A stretch of DNA of 64,000 nucleotides from the NCBI GenBank assembly GCA_001643675.2, contig LSRY02000033.1, positions 930,001-994,000 on the forward strand, written 5' to 3'. Shown one piece after another: positions 35,403-46,868 of the stretch. Position 1 is the stretch's first letter. The number at the start of each line of letters is the position of its first letter. The position numbers and the translations under genes were made by a program. The notes under the pieces were generated by a model. It saw nothing but the letters and a program-made list of their open reading frames with translations, was not told the DNA's origin and searched no databases. This DNA is from Monocercomonoides exilis PA203 (lineage: Eukaryota; Protista; Preaxostyla).

Positions 35403-37809
35403 ATGGATAAAAGAGGTGTGAATAATTTTTAATAAATTTCCCAACAATATAAAGATGCTTTAATAAAACATTTGCACAGAAACCAGAACAAAAAATGATC
35501 GTTATATCAATCCAAAGAAAAAAAGGAACACAGTAAAGAAAAAGAACTCTTTATATTTTGATCCATCAAAAAATGCGTTATATCCCGGAAAAGAAGCAGA
35601 ATTAAAGAGGAAAAGCAAACCTACAAATGGAGTGTTTGATCCAAAGATAAGAAAAGACAGCATTGCATGGGAAGAAATGAGAGAAATTCGTGAAAAACGC
35701 ATGGCGGAAAGAAAAAGAAAAGAAGATGAAAGAATGAAACTTCAAAATCAACGCAAAAAAAGAGAAACAGTGGATGATAATTTTAATCAAAAGATAAAAG
35801 AGCCAACTCAAGAAGAAATCATTAAACCTTCTTGTGAAAAAAATAGCAAAGTTTCAACAAAAGCAGATCAAATCAATGAAGAAAAATCTCCAAAACGAAA
35901 AAGATTAATTGACTTGATTCATGAACAACAACAAAGAGAAAAAGAAAAGAAAAAAGAAATTGAAAAACGGAACATTTTCATGCAATTGTTTAAAAATGAA
36001 AAATGTGATGATGAAAGTGTTGACAAAGATGAACAAAAGGAACAAAAAATAATTGAATATGCTCTAGAAAAGAAAAGGGAAAGCGATAATTTAATGGAAA
36101 ACGACATTATGAATGGAAAAGATGACAGCTATGATCTGGACGAGAAGTGCGCTGTCGAATGGAAAGAAAAAGGAAGAGTTTTACCAGAAAGAATAATTTC
36201 ACAAAAGAGCTCGATAAAACTTAGCGGCATAAGCAAATTTGGTAGTAATGAAACAATAGAAGATGAAAATGCAGACATAATTGAGAAGGCAAATTTATTG
36301 GAGAAGGAAATTACAGAAATAAGAGAAAAGCGAATTGCCTCGTTGGAAAGAGAGTATAAGATGAAACAAGAAGAAATCGAAAAAAGGAGAAAACAACATG
36401 AAGAAGATTGGCTGAAAAGAAAAAAAGAAGAAGAAGCACGATATGAAGAGATAAGAAGGAAAAGAGAAAAAGAAATGGAGATTTATAGCCTTTTGGCAAA
36501 GGAGAGAAATAGAGAGCAAATAGAGATGAGAAAGAGAGAAGAAGAAATTCAAAAACTGCTATTGCAAAAAGAGCAAGAAAACAGAATGAAGAAGCTCAAA
36601 GAAGAAGAAGAAGAAGAAGAAGAAGAAGAAGAAGAAGAAGATTTATGGAAAGATTTTGCAAATCAAAAAGAGGAAAATGAAGCTACTCATTTCACACCAG
36701 CACGAGGAGAAGAAGAAATAAATGAAGAGTTTGAGAGAAAATTAGAAATAGAGTTGAAATCAGATCAAAGCTTAAGAGATGCACATGCGGAGAATATTGA
36801 CATAGACAATGAGATTCCCGATGAAGTGAAAGAACAAGAAAGTGAAAGTTTCATTGACGAAGAACTTGATATGAAAGAAAAAGAAAAAGAAAGGAGTGAA
36901 AAAAAAGAGAGGCATAAAAGTAAACGAGAAGCACAATGCAACACCAACGAATATGCATTGCTTAAAAAGCAACTGGAAGATTTAGCGAAAGAGGAAGCGA
37001 AACTGTCAACTGAGTTGGCAGAGGAAAAAGAGAGAATTAATCAGCTGAAAAAGAAGGAGGAGGAAGAGAGAAAGAAAATGGCAGCCAAGCGAGCAATAGA
37101 AAAGAAAAGGAAAGCAAAAGAAAAGGAAAAAAAGAAGCTAATTCTTGTGAAAGCTTTGGAAAAAGCTAAAATGAAAGCAAAACTTCATCGCTATCTTTAC
37201 GAGTTGAAATTTAAGCAACAAAGCGATGACGACGAATCAATCACAAAAAGAAGGCACGGAATGAAAAGCAATAAATGCAATTATAACAAACAAAGGAGGG
37301 ATTTCTTCGATGAAACAGAAGCAAGCGACGACAGCAGCATTTTTGAAGAGAAAGATACAACAATATCAAGCGATGAATTTGCTTCAACAAGAAAAAAAAG
37401 CAAACATGAAGAAAGCAAAGAAGAATACAGTTGGAACTCAGAAAGCGATTATTCAGATAAAAGCAGTGAATTCGGCAGTGAAGATGAATCTACAGAAAAG
37501 AGTTCAAGTGAAGAAGATGAAATAGAAAGCTTTTTAAGTGATTCATCAAAAGTTCGCTTTAAGAAGAAAAAATCACACGAAAATAGCGAAAGTGAAGAGG
37601 AAGAGGAGAAAGAGGAGGAAGAAGAGGAAGAGGAAGAGGAAGAGGAAGAGGAAGAAGAAGAAAAGTTTGATGATGATTCAAACGAAAGCGATTCGTTGAG
37701 CGAGTATGATCAACAAAAGTCAGAGACATCCGAACAATACGTGAAAGATCTTAGTAAATGGATGAATACATCTGAAAATTGGTCTCAATCGAGCTCAGAT
37801 GAAAAATGA
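35403..37809 (+). CDS. Glu/Lys-rich predicted coiled-coil protein of unknown function; exons 35403-35415 and 35480-37809
   Basis: ATGGATAAAAGAG|GTGTGA...CACAG| splices in frame to the 725-codon ORF. Long charged helical tracts, poly-Glu (GAA)n at ~36600-36640 and an acidic Ser-rich tail. Confidence 0.7.
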
Positions 37810-38489
37810 TTTCAAAAATAGTTTTTGTCACTTTTCATAATTCAAAAATGTTTCAGATGTCAACCTTTATTCGTCAGTCAAGAGGTGATTCATTTCTTTA
37901 TTCTAAGTCAATTAACAAATCTTCGATCTATTTTTATCTCAGAAATCTTCTTCAACTGCAATTATGAAAATACAAATGATAAATGCGACAGAAAGTTTTT
38001 TTGTGTCAAAGTGCGTAACTCCTTTGAGATTATTGATTGCTTTCAACGAAATTGCTAACCGTCAGTCATGCATTGCACTTTAAGTCATTGAAGATGCTGT
38101 CATTTTGAGGTAGATTTTTCATTTGAACATAAATGAAATAGCCTTCAAAATCGAATATAATTGTCAATTCAAAAAACACTTGCAATCAAAGGTGGAATAT
38201 ATTTGCTCTGCTTTAAGAAAATGGAATGAAAGTGAGAATAAATAATTGGATACTATGAATGAGAGAAGCTCGGCAAATGAATAACAAACAAATCAAAAAC
38301 GCGCAAAAAGAAACAGAATATAATGAGAACACTTATTTTCTATTCAGAAATGAAAAATAACATTTAGGTGATTACAAGACAATTACAATGCGCTTTCGTG
38401 ATGAGCGATTGATTGTTGTTGAAAATGATTTCATGTTGACTCTCTTGCATCCTCACATGCAATGTTGCTTTTTATTTATTTATTATTAT

Positions 38490-40198
38490 TTACTTTGTTT
38501 CGAATGATGGCGGAGGGATCGGAGTTGGACGAGGATAGTCTTTTGGCTGTGGGAACATTCCCTGCAAAATGTACCCATCGACAACTTCCTTCACGAGCAC
38601 TGGGGTCATCTGCGAAGACATATTCATAAGCATTGAAAACAACCATTGTATGTTTTTGCATCGTTTTTGAAGCAATAATTATTTGACAAATAACAATTTT
38701 AAGAATAAGAATAATAATAATAACGATAATAATAATAATAATGTTATAATTTTAAACCAATTTCGAACATAAAAATAAAATATAAATTAATGTCAAAGTT
38801 GTAAATGTCTTCAAACTCAAAAAAATATCCCCAAAAAATAAAAGAAAAAAATTTTTTCTCACAACAAAATCACACCATTGGATGCTGATATACGAATCCA
38901 GTTCCCTCGATTTTTGTTCCGTCTACGGAAAGAGGTGTGTTGTAAAGAAGTTCCTGAGGCAGGAAAGGAGACAGTGGAGTGTTGGTTATTGAAGCAGCCT
39001 GTATGCAAAGTTCAATTTTATTTTGCCATAGTTGAACGCATCAATATTTGAGTGGATTGTCGACAGTACGAATTAATAATATTTTGCAAAGTTTAAAAGT
39101 TTTAAAGGTGAATATAATTGAAAACAAAAAATAAAAGAAAAACATTACACAAACCTTACACATCTCACTCCATGGCTGGCAATGCTTGTCATTCACTCCT
39201 TCAACAGTTGACTTCATATTCAACTTTGCCATCGTTGACATAGCACTTCCAACGAACCCAGTCTCAATTCTGAACAAAATGCCCAAAAAGTCATTAATTT
39301 TCCCTTGGTCTGTGTCTGTTTTATCAGCAAGGTTGTAGACTTCTCCTGGGTTTCCACGCAGGCACAAATGAAGAATAGCGCCACACACATCACGGACATG
39401 AACTGTATGCATTTTGAGATCAGCGCTCCAAAGGAACTTCATCTTTTCTCCGAGATGCTTGTAAACAGCTGCACAAATGAATCTTGGTGCTAAATGTTAC
39501 AAAACGTGCGTATTTTACCAAAGCATTAATAGAAATAAATAAAACAAAACAGTTAATTTCACACTGAGCCCTGAAGTATCAGCTGGACCATAAACAATAG
39601 CTGGCCTGATGATAATTAATGGAATGGACATTTTTTTCAGCTCGTCCTCAGCTTGCTTGTGATACAATGCAAGCTTTGTCCATGGCTTAACTTTGGAAGT
39701 TTCTTTTGCTGGCTTTTTATCTGCATCGTAAATCTGCGCAGTGGAAACATGAATAAATTTTAAAGGCTTATGCTCTTCAACATTTCTTCCAACATTAACA
39801 GCAAGATCAAAAATATGTTGCTTGTATACAGTATCGTCTTGTCCATATTTTGTTTCTGCTGCAAGATTCACAACATAATCGAAATGATCATCTTTAAATG
39901 CTCTTGTGCACTGCATTGGATTGCTTAGATTGCATTGAATTCGTTCAACTGATGGATGCTGAATATATTGCATAAAGTGGTCGCTCAAAAAAGCCGTCTC
40001 TGGAATTGCCTTATCAGCAACCCTAATCTTTGAAGCAGCGTTTTGATCAATAAGATGCTTTACCAGATTACGTCCGATAAAGCCCAATCCTCCAAGAATC
40101 CTGTTTCAGATATTTAACAAATCAAAAACATTTATTATAATCATTTTTAAAATTTATATCATTCGTACACACAAGAATTTTGGTTTGGATTCAGCCAT
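38490..40198 (-). CDS. NAD-dependent epimerase/dehydratase (extended SDR fold); 5 exons (40198-40173, 40100-39565, 39489-39155, 38998-38876, 38609-38490)
   Basis: Spliced N-terminus MAESKPKFLILGGLGFIGRNLV (GxxGxxG), plus VVNLAA, FIHVSTAQIY, IIRPAIVYGP, VHVRDV and GEVYNLAD. Four GT-AG introns preserve the frame. Confidence 0.9.
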
Positions 40199-40373
40199 TT
40201 TCCTTCAGATGAACTGTTCGATTTTAAATGGGATATTTTGATCAAACTCAAAACAGAAATTCCTTATCAATTTATCGTGAGTGTACGACTTTTTATAGAA
40301 ATATCACTTTAACCGAATTGAAAAAAATTGGATTAATCTAAATGAGAATTAAATAGATCAAAAATTTAGATTG

Positions 40374-40974
40374 ATGCGGTTTGCTTTATAGTCAAAAACT
40401 GTGATTTTCAAATTTCATCATTTTCCCTCATATTTATTAAGTGTTGAACGTTGCTCGTTTTCTTGGCACAAGATTTATCCAGGACACGGAATTCGTTTCG
40501 TTCGTGGTGATTCACGTCTTTTTATCTTTGCTGGCTCAAAAGCTCGCTGCTGTTATGACATCAAACGTTCCTCACGTAATACTAAATGGACAGGTGATTG
40601 GAGAAAAGCTCACAAGAAGGATGTTTCAAAATTGACCAAAAAGCGTGTTAAGCGCAGAGCCGTTCGCTTCCAGAAGGATATAGTTGGAATGACACTTGAG
40701 GAGATACGTAACACAAGAAAGGCGAAAGTTATCGAAAAGGTGAAAGGTGCTGATGCAGCGGCACTTCGGTTTGACTGTTTTATTCATTTTTGGGGATATT
40801 TTATTTATAAATGTTTTTAGTGAATTGAAGGAGCGAAAAGCAAAAGTCGCCGGAACAAAGAAAGTATCTGCAAAACAAGTTAAACCAGGCAAGCAAGCAA
40901 AGCAGGGTAAACAAGTGAAGCAAGCTCCTCCAAAGGCTGCTCCACCAAAGAAAATTAAAGCCACAAGTCGTTAA
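40374..40974 (+). CDS. RPL24: 60S ribosomal protein eL24; exons 40374-40378, 40442-40768, 40821-40974
   Basis: MR|VERCSFSWHKIYPGHGIRFVRGD...WTGDWRKAHKK...RFQKDIVGMTLEEI, followed by a Lys/Ala-rich tail. The first coding exon is 5 nt (ATGCG). Confidence 0.93.
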
Positions 40975-41496
40975 ATGAATTTTAAGAAATAATTCCTTTT
41001 ATAAACATTTCAAAACATATTTGTTCATATCAAAGATAATTCTAATTGACATTTTTTTCATTGTTTATCAAATTAACAAATGAATTTTAAAATTTAAAAT
41101 ACATTCTGAATCAAATATAATAATAAGAAAATGAAATAATTCACCTTTTCAGAATTATAAATGAAAATAATTTGCACGTTGAATTATCAGTCATGATATG
41201 AAATTTCAATTATGAAAAATATATTTAAAGAACTTTTGAAGATAGCATTTTAAAAATTAAATTTTGTGATATTTTTCACAATAATAACTAAAAAAAACTG
41301 AAGCAATGAAAAATAAAAAAATAAAAAAACATCAATCATTTTCGATTTGTTCCTCAATAATTAATAATAAAAAACATGAAATAAAAAAAACCAATTAACA
41401 CTTTCTGTAATGAACACAAATGCTCAAAATTATAATATGGAAAGTGATTGATCTCCGATTTATTCGGAAGGCTTTAGGAGCGTACAGGCGTGACTG

Positions 41497-44400
41497 ATGC
41501 GGATATCGACGATAGCAAGCGTGATAGGATTTGCATGCCCGCGGATGCTGGGGTTCCACCGCTCGGAGGCAGCGGAGGGGCAGCCGACATGGGTGTTTGC
41601 ATTGAAAATTGTGGCGATTGCGGTGCTGCTGTGCTTCTCAGCAATGTTTTCAGGTGTGGGCAGAGCATGTTTTTTTGTGGAGGGCATTTGAGGATGCGGG
41701 GATTTAACTGGTGTTTTTTGTGGTTGGTGTTGGCGATGGGAACTGAACTGGGGTTAGGGCTGAATCTGGGGCTCCTTGCGCTGGACAAGCTGAACCTGCA
41801 GATCCTGATTGATCTGGGGAGCGAGAGCGAGCGGAGGCAGGCGGCGAAGATCATGAAGATCCGGAAGAGCGGTGTGTGGAGTGGGTTTTGCGAGTTTTGC
41901 CACGAATCTTTTGGTTGTGCTGTGGTGCCCTTGGCGGTGCTGCTGCACATTCTCATTGTTATTTTTGTTATTATTTGGTTTATTTTGTGAGTTTGCAACA
42001 TTCTGTGATTTCTTTCTCTTTTTTTTTTTCTTTTTCATTTTCTTATAAATTTCTTTGCTTTTTTGATTCATTTTGTTGCTCTTTCTTTTTTTTGGGGGGC
42101 GTGTGCTGGATGGCGCGGGGGCGGAACAGGAAACATTCTTTTGTGCACGCTGCTTCTGGGGAATGGTGTGTGATGGAGCATTTTCAGTGCTTTTTGAGAT
42201 TTTCCTTTTCCTTTTCCTTTTTCTTTTTGTTGGGGATGCTATGTGTGCCATTGTGTGTGCTGTATGTGTGACTGATGTTAGTGATGGTGAACACCGGAGT
42301 GTCGCTGCTGATGGAAGAGGTTGGGGGCGGGACGGTGGCGTTTATCCTGACGACGATCCTGACGGTGACGTTTGGGAGATTCTGCCGCAGGCTGTGTGCA
42401 CGCGGTACGGGCTGCAGATTGGGGCGGCGCTGTGGTGGCTGATCTTTTTGATTATGATTCTGCTGTCGATCATTGTGGTGCCGGTGGGGAAGCTGCTGGA
42501 CTGCATCCTGGGTGTGGAGATCGGGAACACATACAACAAGGCGCAGCTGAAGAAGCTGATTGAGCTGCATGCGTCGGACGAGAAGATCCGGGCGCTGTAC
42601 CAGGAAGACCGGATTGAAGACTCAGACTTTATTCTGGTGTCGAACTCGTTTGACTTCTCGACGAAGACAGCGGCCGAGATCATGACGCCGATGAAGGATG
42701 TGTTTATGCTGGAGGTGTGATGGGATGGGATGGGATGTGATGGGATGTGATGGAAGTGATGGATGAGCGGAGTGAGTGGAGTGAGTGGGATGAGTGGGAT
42801 GAGTGAGCGAAAGCAAATGCATATGCTGAATATTTTATTTTATTTTATTTTTATTTTATTTTCATTCATTTTTTTTGATGATGATGATGATGATGATTGT
42901 TGATTTTATTCAATGACTGGCTGCTGCTTGGGGCTTGTTGGTTGGATGGGGGGACTTGTGGAACTTGTGGGGTTTTGTGGGATTTTCTGGGGTTTTGTGG
43001 GATTTGGGGTGGGAGCAGCTTGGAGAGCGGGTGACGGAAGAGACGATTGAGCGTATTGTGGGGGACGGGCACAGCAGGATTCCGGTGTATGAGCAGAGCG
43101 AAGACTCGATTGTGGGGTTTGTGGCAGCGAAGGATGTGCTGCTGATGAGCGGGGAAGGAGAGGTGGAGCTGGAGCAGGTGTTTGGGTCGTTTGGGCAGAT
43201 GGTGGCGATGGTTGGGGCGGATGTGCGGCTGCCGGAGGTGATGCGGGCGATGAAGAAGGGGAAGAATGCGATGGCGGTGGTGTATCAGGTGAACGACTCG
43301 GGGGAAGGAGACCCGTTCTACGAGAACGTGGGGATCATCACGCGGGAAGATGTGGTGAGCGAGATTGTGGGGGACGAGTGGGAAGACCTGGGGGTGCATG
43401 CAGCGAGGCGGAATGCGCGGCGGGGGGCAGGGGAAGGAGGCGAGGGTGGGGAGGATGGTGAGGGAGGAGAGGAGGGAAAAGGAGGAGAAGGAGGAGAGGA
43501 AGAAGAGAAGGAGAAAGAGGGGAAGGTGAGTGTGAAGACAAAGCCGAAGGAGGGGAGCAAGGGGAATGCGGGGATGAAGGAAAGTGGGGAGAAGATGGGG
43601 GCAGAGGGAAAGAGCAGGACTGTTGTTGTTGAGATGGAGGATGAGGAGAAGGATGGGGAAAGAGAAAGAGAAAGAGAAAGAGAAAGGGAAAGGGATAAGG
43701 AAAAGGGAAGAGAGAGTGGAGAGGAGAAGAAGAACAAGGAGGAGGAGAATGGGGAGAAGATGGAAGGGAGAGAAGGAAGAGAAGGGAGAGGAGGAAGAGA
43801 AGGGAGAGAAGGGGAGATGGTTCTTGTGCCGTACACATCGTCGTTCCTGCGTCGACAGGGAGGGATGGGGATGGGGATGGGGATGGGGATGGGGATGGGG
43901 ATGCAGAGCTCGATGTCTGTGAGTTCACTGGGAAGAGCGGAGGTGGGTGTGAATGTGGGTGTGAATGCGCCACCGAGTCCGGCAGGATCGCCTGTGCCAG
44001 GGGGTGTGGGAGGAGGCGGGGCAGGTGGGGTGCACCGGCTGAGCCGGCGGAAGCGGTTCCGGATGCAGATGTGGGTGGAGTGCTCGGAGGAGGTGCGGAA
44101 GGAGGCGAAGCGGATTGGGCAGTTTCTGCGGGCGAACATCCCGATGATGGGGGAGTGGCGGGAAGAGGATGTTGTGAGGCTGGTTGAGCGGTCGCAAGGG
44201 TTTGAGATTGCAGGGTGGACGATGGGGGCAGGAGGGCCGCACCATCTGCACCACCACCACCACCACCACAACGGGCACCACAGCCACACCAGCCACACCA
44301 GCCACGCCAGCCACGCTGGCCATCTGCACGGCCAGGGGTTCGGCCACAGCAGCATGCACAGCCTGCCCATGCCAGCAGAGTCAGCAGCAGCATCATCATC

Positions 44401-45481
44401 ATCGACGGCGTCGTCTGAAGGGTCGGGGTGCGGCGGGAGCTCGACAGCCACAGCCACATCGCTGACGCCTCTGCTGTCCACATCGACAGTGTCGTCCACG
44501 TCGACCGTGTCGTCCACAGCGCCGCTGCTGCCGGGCGGGTCGGCGGGGATGTCGGCAGCACAGTCGCCGGGGCTGGCAGGGTCGCCGTTTGGATCGCCCT
44601 CGCCTCTGCTATCGCCATCGCCATTGCTATCGCCTTCTCCTTCGCTGGTGGGTGGGTCGTCGCTGACGATGAGCTCGACGACAGCGCTTCTGGCAGAGGG
44701 ATCAGAGGAAGGAGAGGAAGGAGAGGGAGGAGGAGAGGAAGAGGAGGATGATGTGTTCTCGTCGCTGAGTGCGCCGGCGGTGTGCAAGGTGTGCATCCAG
44801 GGGGAGGAGGAGGCAGACCTGGTGGTGGTGCTGAGCGGGCGGCTGGAGGTGATCCACGAGGAGGAGGAAGGGGAGCGGGAGGGAGCGGGAGAGGGAGAGG
44901 GAGAAGAGGGAGAGGAGGAGAAGACAGAGACAGAGATGGAGACAGAGATCGGGGGAAGCTCGGAAGGAGAGGAGCGGGAAGAGGGTGGAGAAAAGGAAGG
45001 ACGAAAAGGAGGAAAAGGAAGAGGAAGAGGAAGAGGGAGAAGGGGAGAGAGAGGGCGGAGAGGCGGGAGGAAGACGATCATGTGCGATCTTGGGCAGCCG
45101 TGGACGATCCTGAACAGAGAGTGCTTCTTCACGAAAGACCAGATCAGGGGAGAGGTTGAAGCACCGCGGGCAGATGGGGTGGAGAGTGGGGGCAGGTTGG
45201 AAGGGGCAGGAGAGTCGGCAGCCTCAGGATCCACTTCATCATCATCATCATCATCATCCTCCTCCTCCTCCTCATCTTCTTCTTCATCTTCGCCGAGTCT
45301 GTCTTCGCCGTCGACAGCGCTGACGTCGCTGTTCTTCCACTCGTGCCCGTCGACGGCGCTGTTTCGGGAGGGAGAGCTGCCAGTGGGGCATGTGCCGTAC
45401 ACAGCGACAGTGGTGGAGGGGCCGGCGCGGGTGCTGGTCATCTCGATGGGGGAGTTTGTGCGTGCATGCTGTGCAGTGCAG

Positions 45482-45513
<32 letters not shown>

Positions 45514-45586
45514 AGGGGTTGTGATGGAGGCAGAGACAGAGAAAGCTGTGGCAGAGCCGAGTGTGGCAACAACAGAGAGCGCGTGA
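41497..45586 (+). CDS. CNNM/CorB-family metal transport protein, copy 2; exons 41497-41653, 41758-41871, 42130-42165, 42282-42714, 43019-45586; one apparent 1-nt frameshift at 42374-42376
   Basis: Same DUF21/CBS/CNBH motifs as copy 1. The 36-nt exon 42130-42165 supplies GNILLCTLLLGNV. tttgggagat has G3 where the left copy has G4 (TTT GGG GAG, FGE). Confidence 0.9.
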
Positions 45587-46868
45587 TGGAGCAAAGCATA
45601 AAGGAAAGAGAAAGAGAAAGAGAATGAGAATGAGGATGGATGTGTGTGTGTGAGTGCGTGAGTGAGTGTTTGGCAGAGCTTCACTTCACTTTACTTTGTC
45701 TTTTCTGTCTTTGTCTGTTTTTCTGTTTGTTTGTCTCGCTGTTGATACGCAGCTGCATCTGGGTGCTGATGGGTGGCCGGCTCTTTTGCTTTTGCCTGGC
45801 CAGGGGCAGCTGCACTCTGCCTTCGCTGATGTTCTGAGGCACTTATTTATTTGCTTATTTATTTATTCATCTATCAATCGACTTCCTTATATATTTGTAT
45901 ATTTATATATTGATTTGCGTTTATTTTATTTTGCTTTATATTTTGTTTGTTTGTCTGCCTGCCTGTCTGTCTGTCTGTTTGCTTGGTGCTTGTCCATTCA
46001 CCCACTTGGCTGCTGTGTTTGTATTTGTCTTTGCTTTTCTGTTTATTTTATTTTTTTGTGTTGGCAGTTTTTCCTTTGGCACTTCACCACTTCGCCTGCG
46101 AGCCTTTGCTCAAGACAGGGCCTGCTGGTTGGCTGGTGTTGTGTTTCTGTTTGAGAGGCAGCAGAAGAAGGGGAAAAGTGTTTGGCCTTTGGTCTTTGGC
46201 CATTTGTCATTGTCCATTTGTCTTTGGCCTTTGGTCTTTGGCCATTTGTCATTGTCCATTTGTCTTTGGCCATTGGCCTTTCAGAGCCAGGAAAAGCCCA
46301 TTTCCACTTGAAATAAACGGGAGAGGGGGAAAAGTGAGAGAGAAAAAAGCAACTTTTTTTCTTTTCATTTGATGTTGCAGTCTCAGCTGCCGAATTCGCT
46401 CGCACTTTCAGTTTCATTTTTCTTTTTTTCTTTTTTCTTTTTTTCTTTGCAGCAGACAAAAATCAGGGCAAAGCCTGCAAATACACATTAAGCTGTCTTC
46501 AACACCCAGCACACCAATACAACACATGCAAAAACGGAAAAGCGAGAGAAAAACTAAAAAAAATAGAACTGAAAAAAAAAATCACAAATTAGAAAAGAAA
46601 ACAAAAATAGCTTGGCAAAGTGGCCAACAACACTTTCGGCAATCTTCTGCAGCAACAACAACAACAATGGCCACAAACACAAAAAAACCAAAACACGCAA
46701 AAATACAAAAAGTCAAATCAACTAACATCATCAACAACAAGGATAACAATATCAATAATAATGATGATAATTTCTGTTATGATTTCGAGAATAATAATAA
46801 TGATAATAATGGCGAGGCCGAATACAACCCCTTCTTCTCCTCTTCGTCAACTTCCCTTCCCATTCGCC

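Larger units (their letters stand above)
32909..41430. other. Unique AT-rich spacer (~8.5 kb) of the palindrome, carrying three single-copy genes
   Basis: Lies between the inner junctions of the two arms, shows no self-similarity, and drops abruptly to AT-rich composition. Confidence 0.9.

Noticed and set aside
38395-38470. Possible box C/D snoRNA (GTGATGA at ~38398)
   Set aside because: No downstream box D (CTGA) or terminal stem found.
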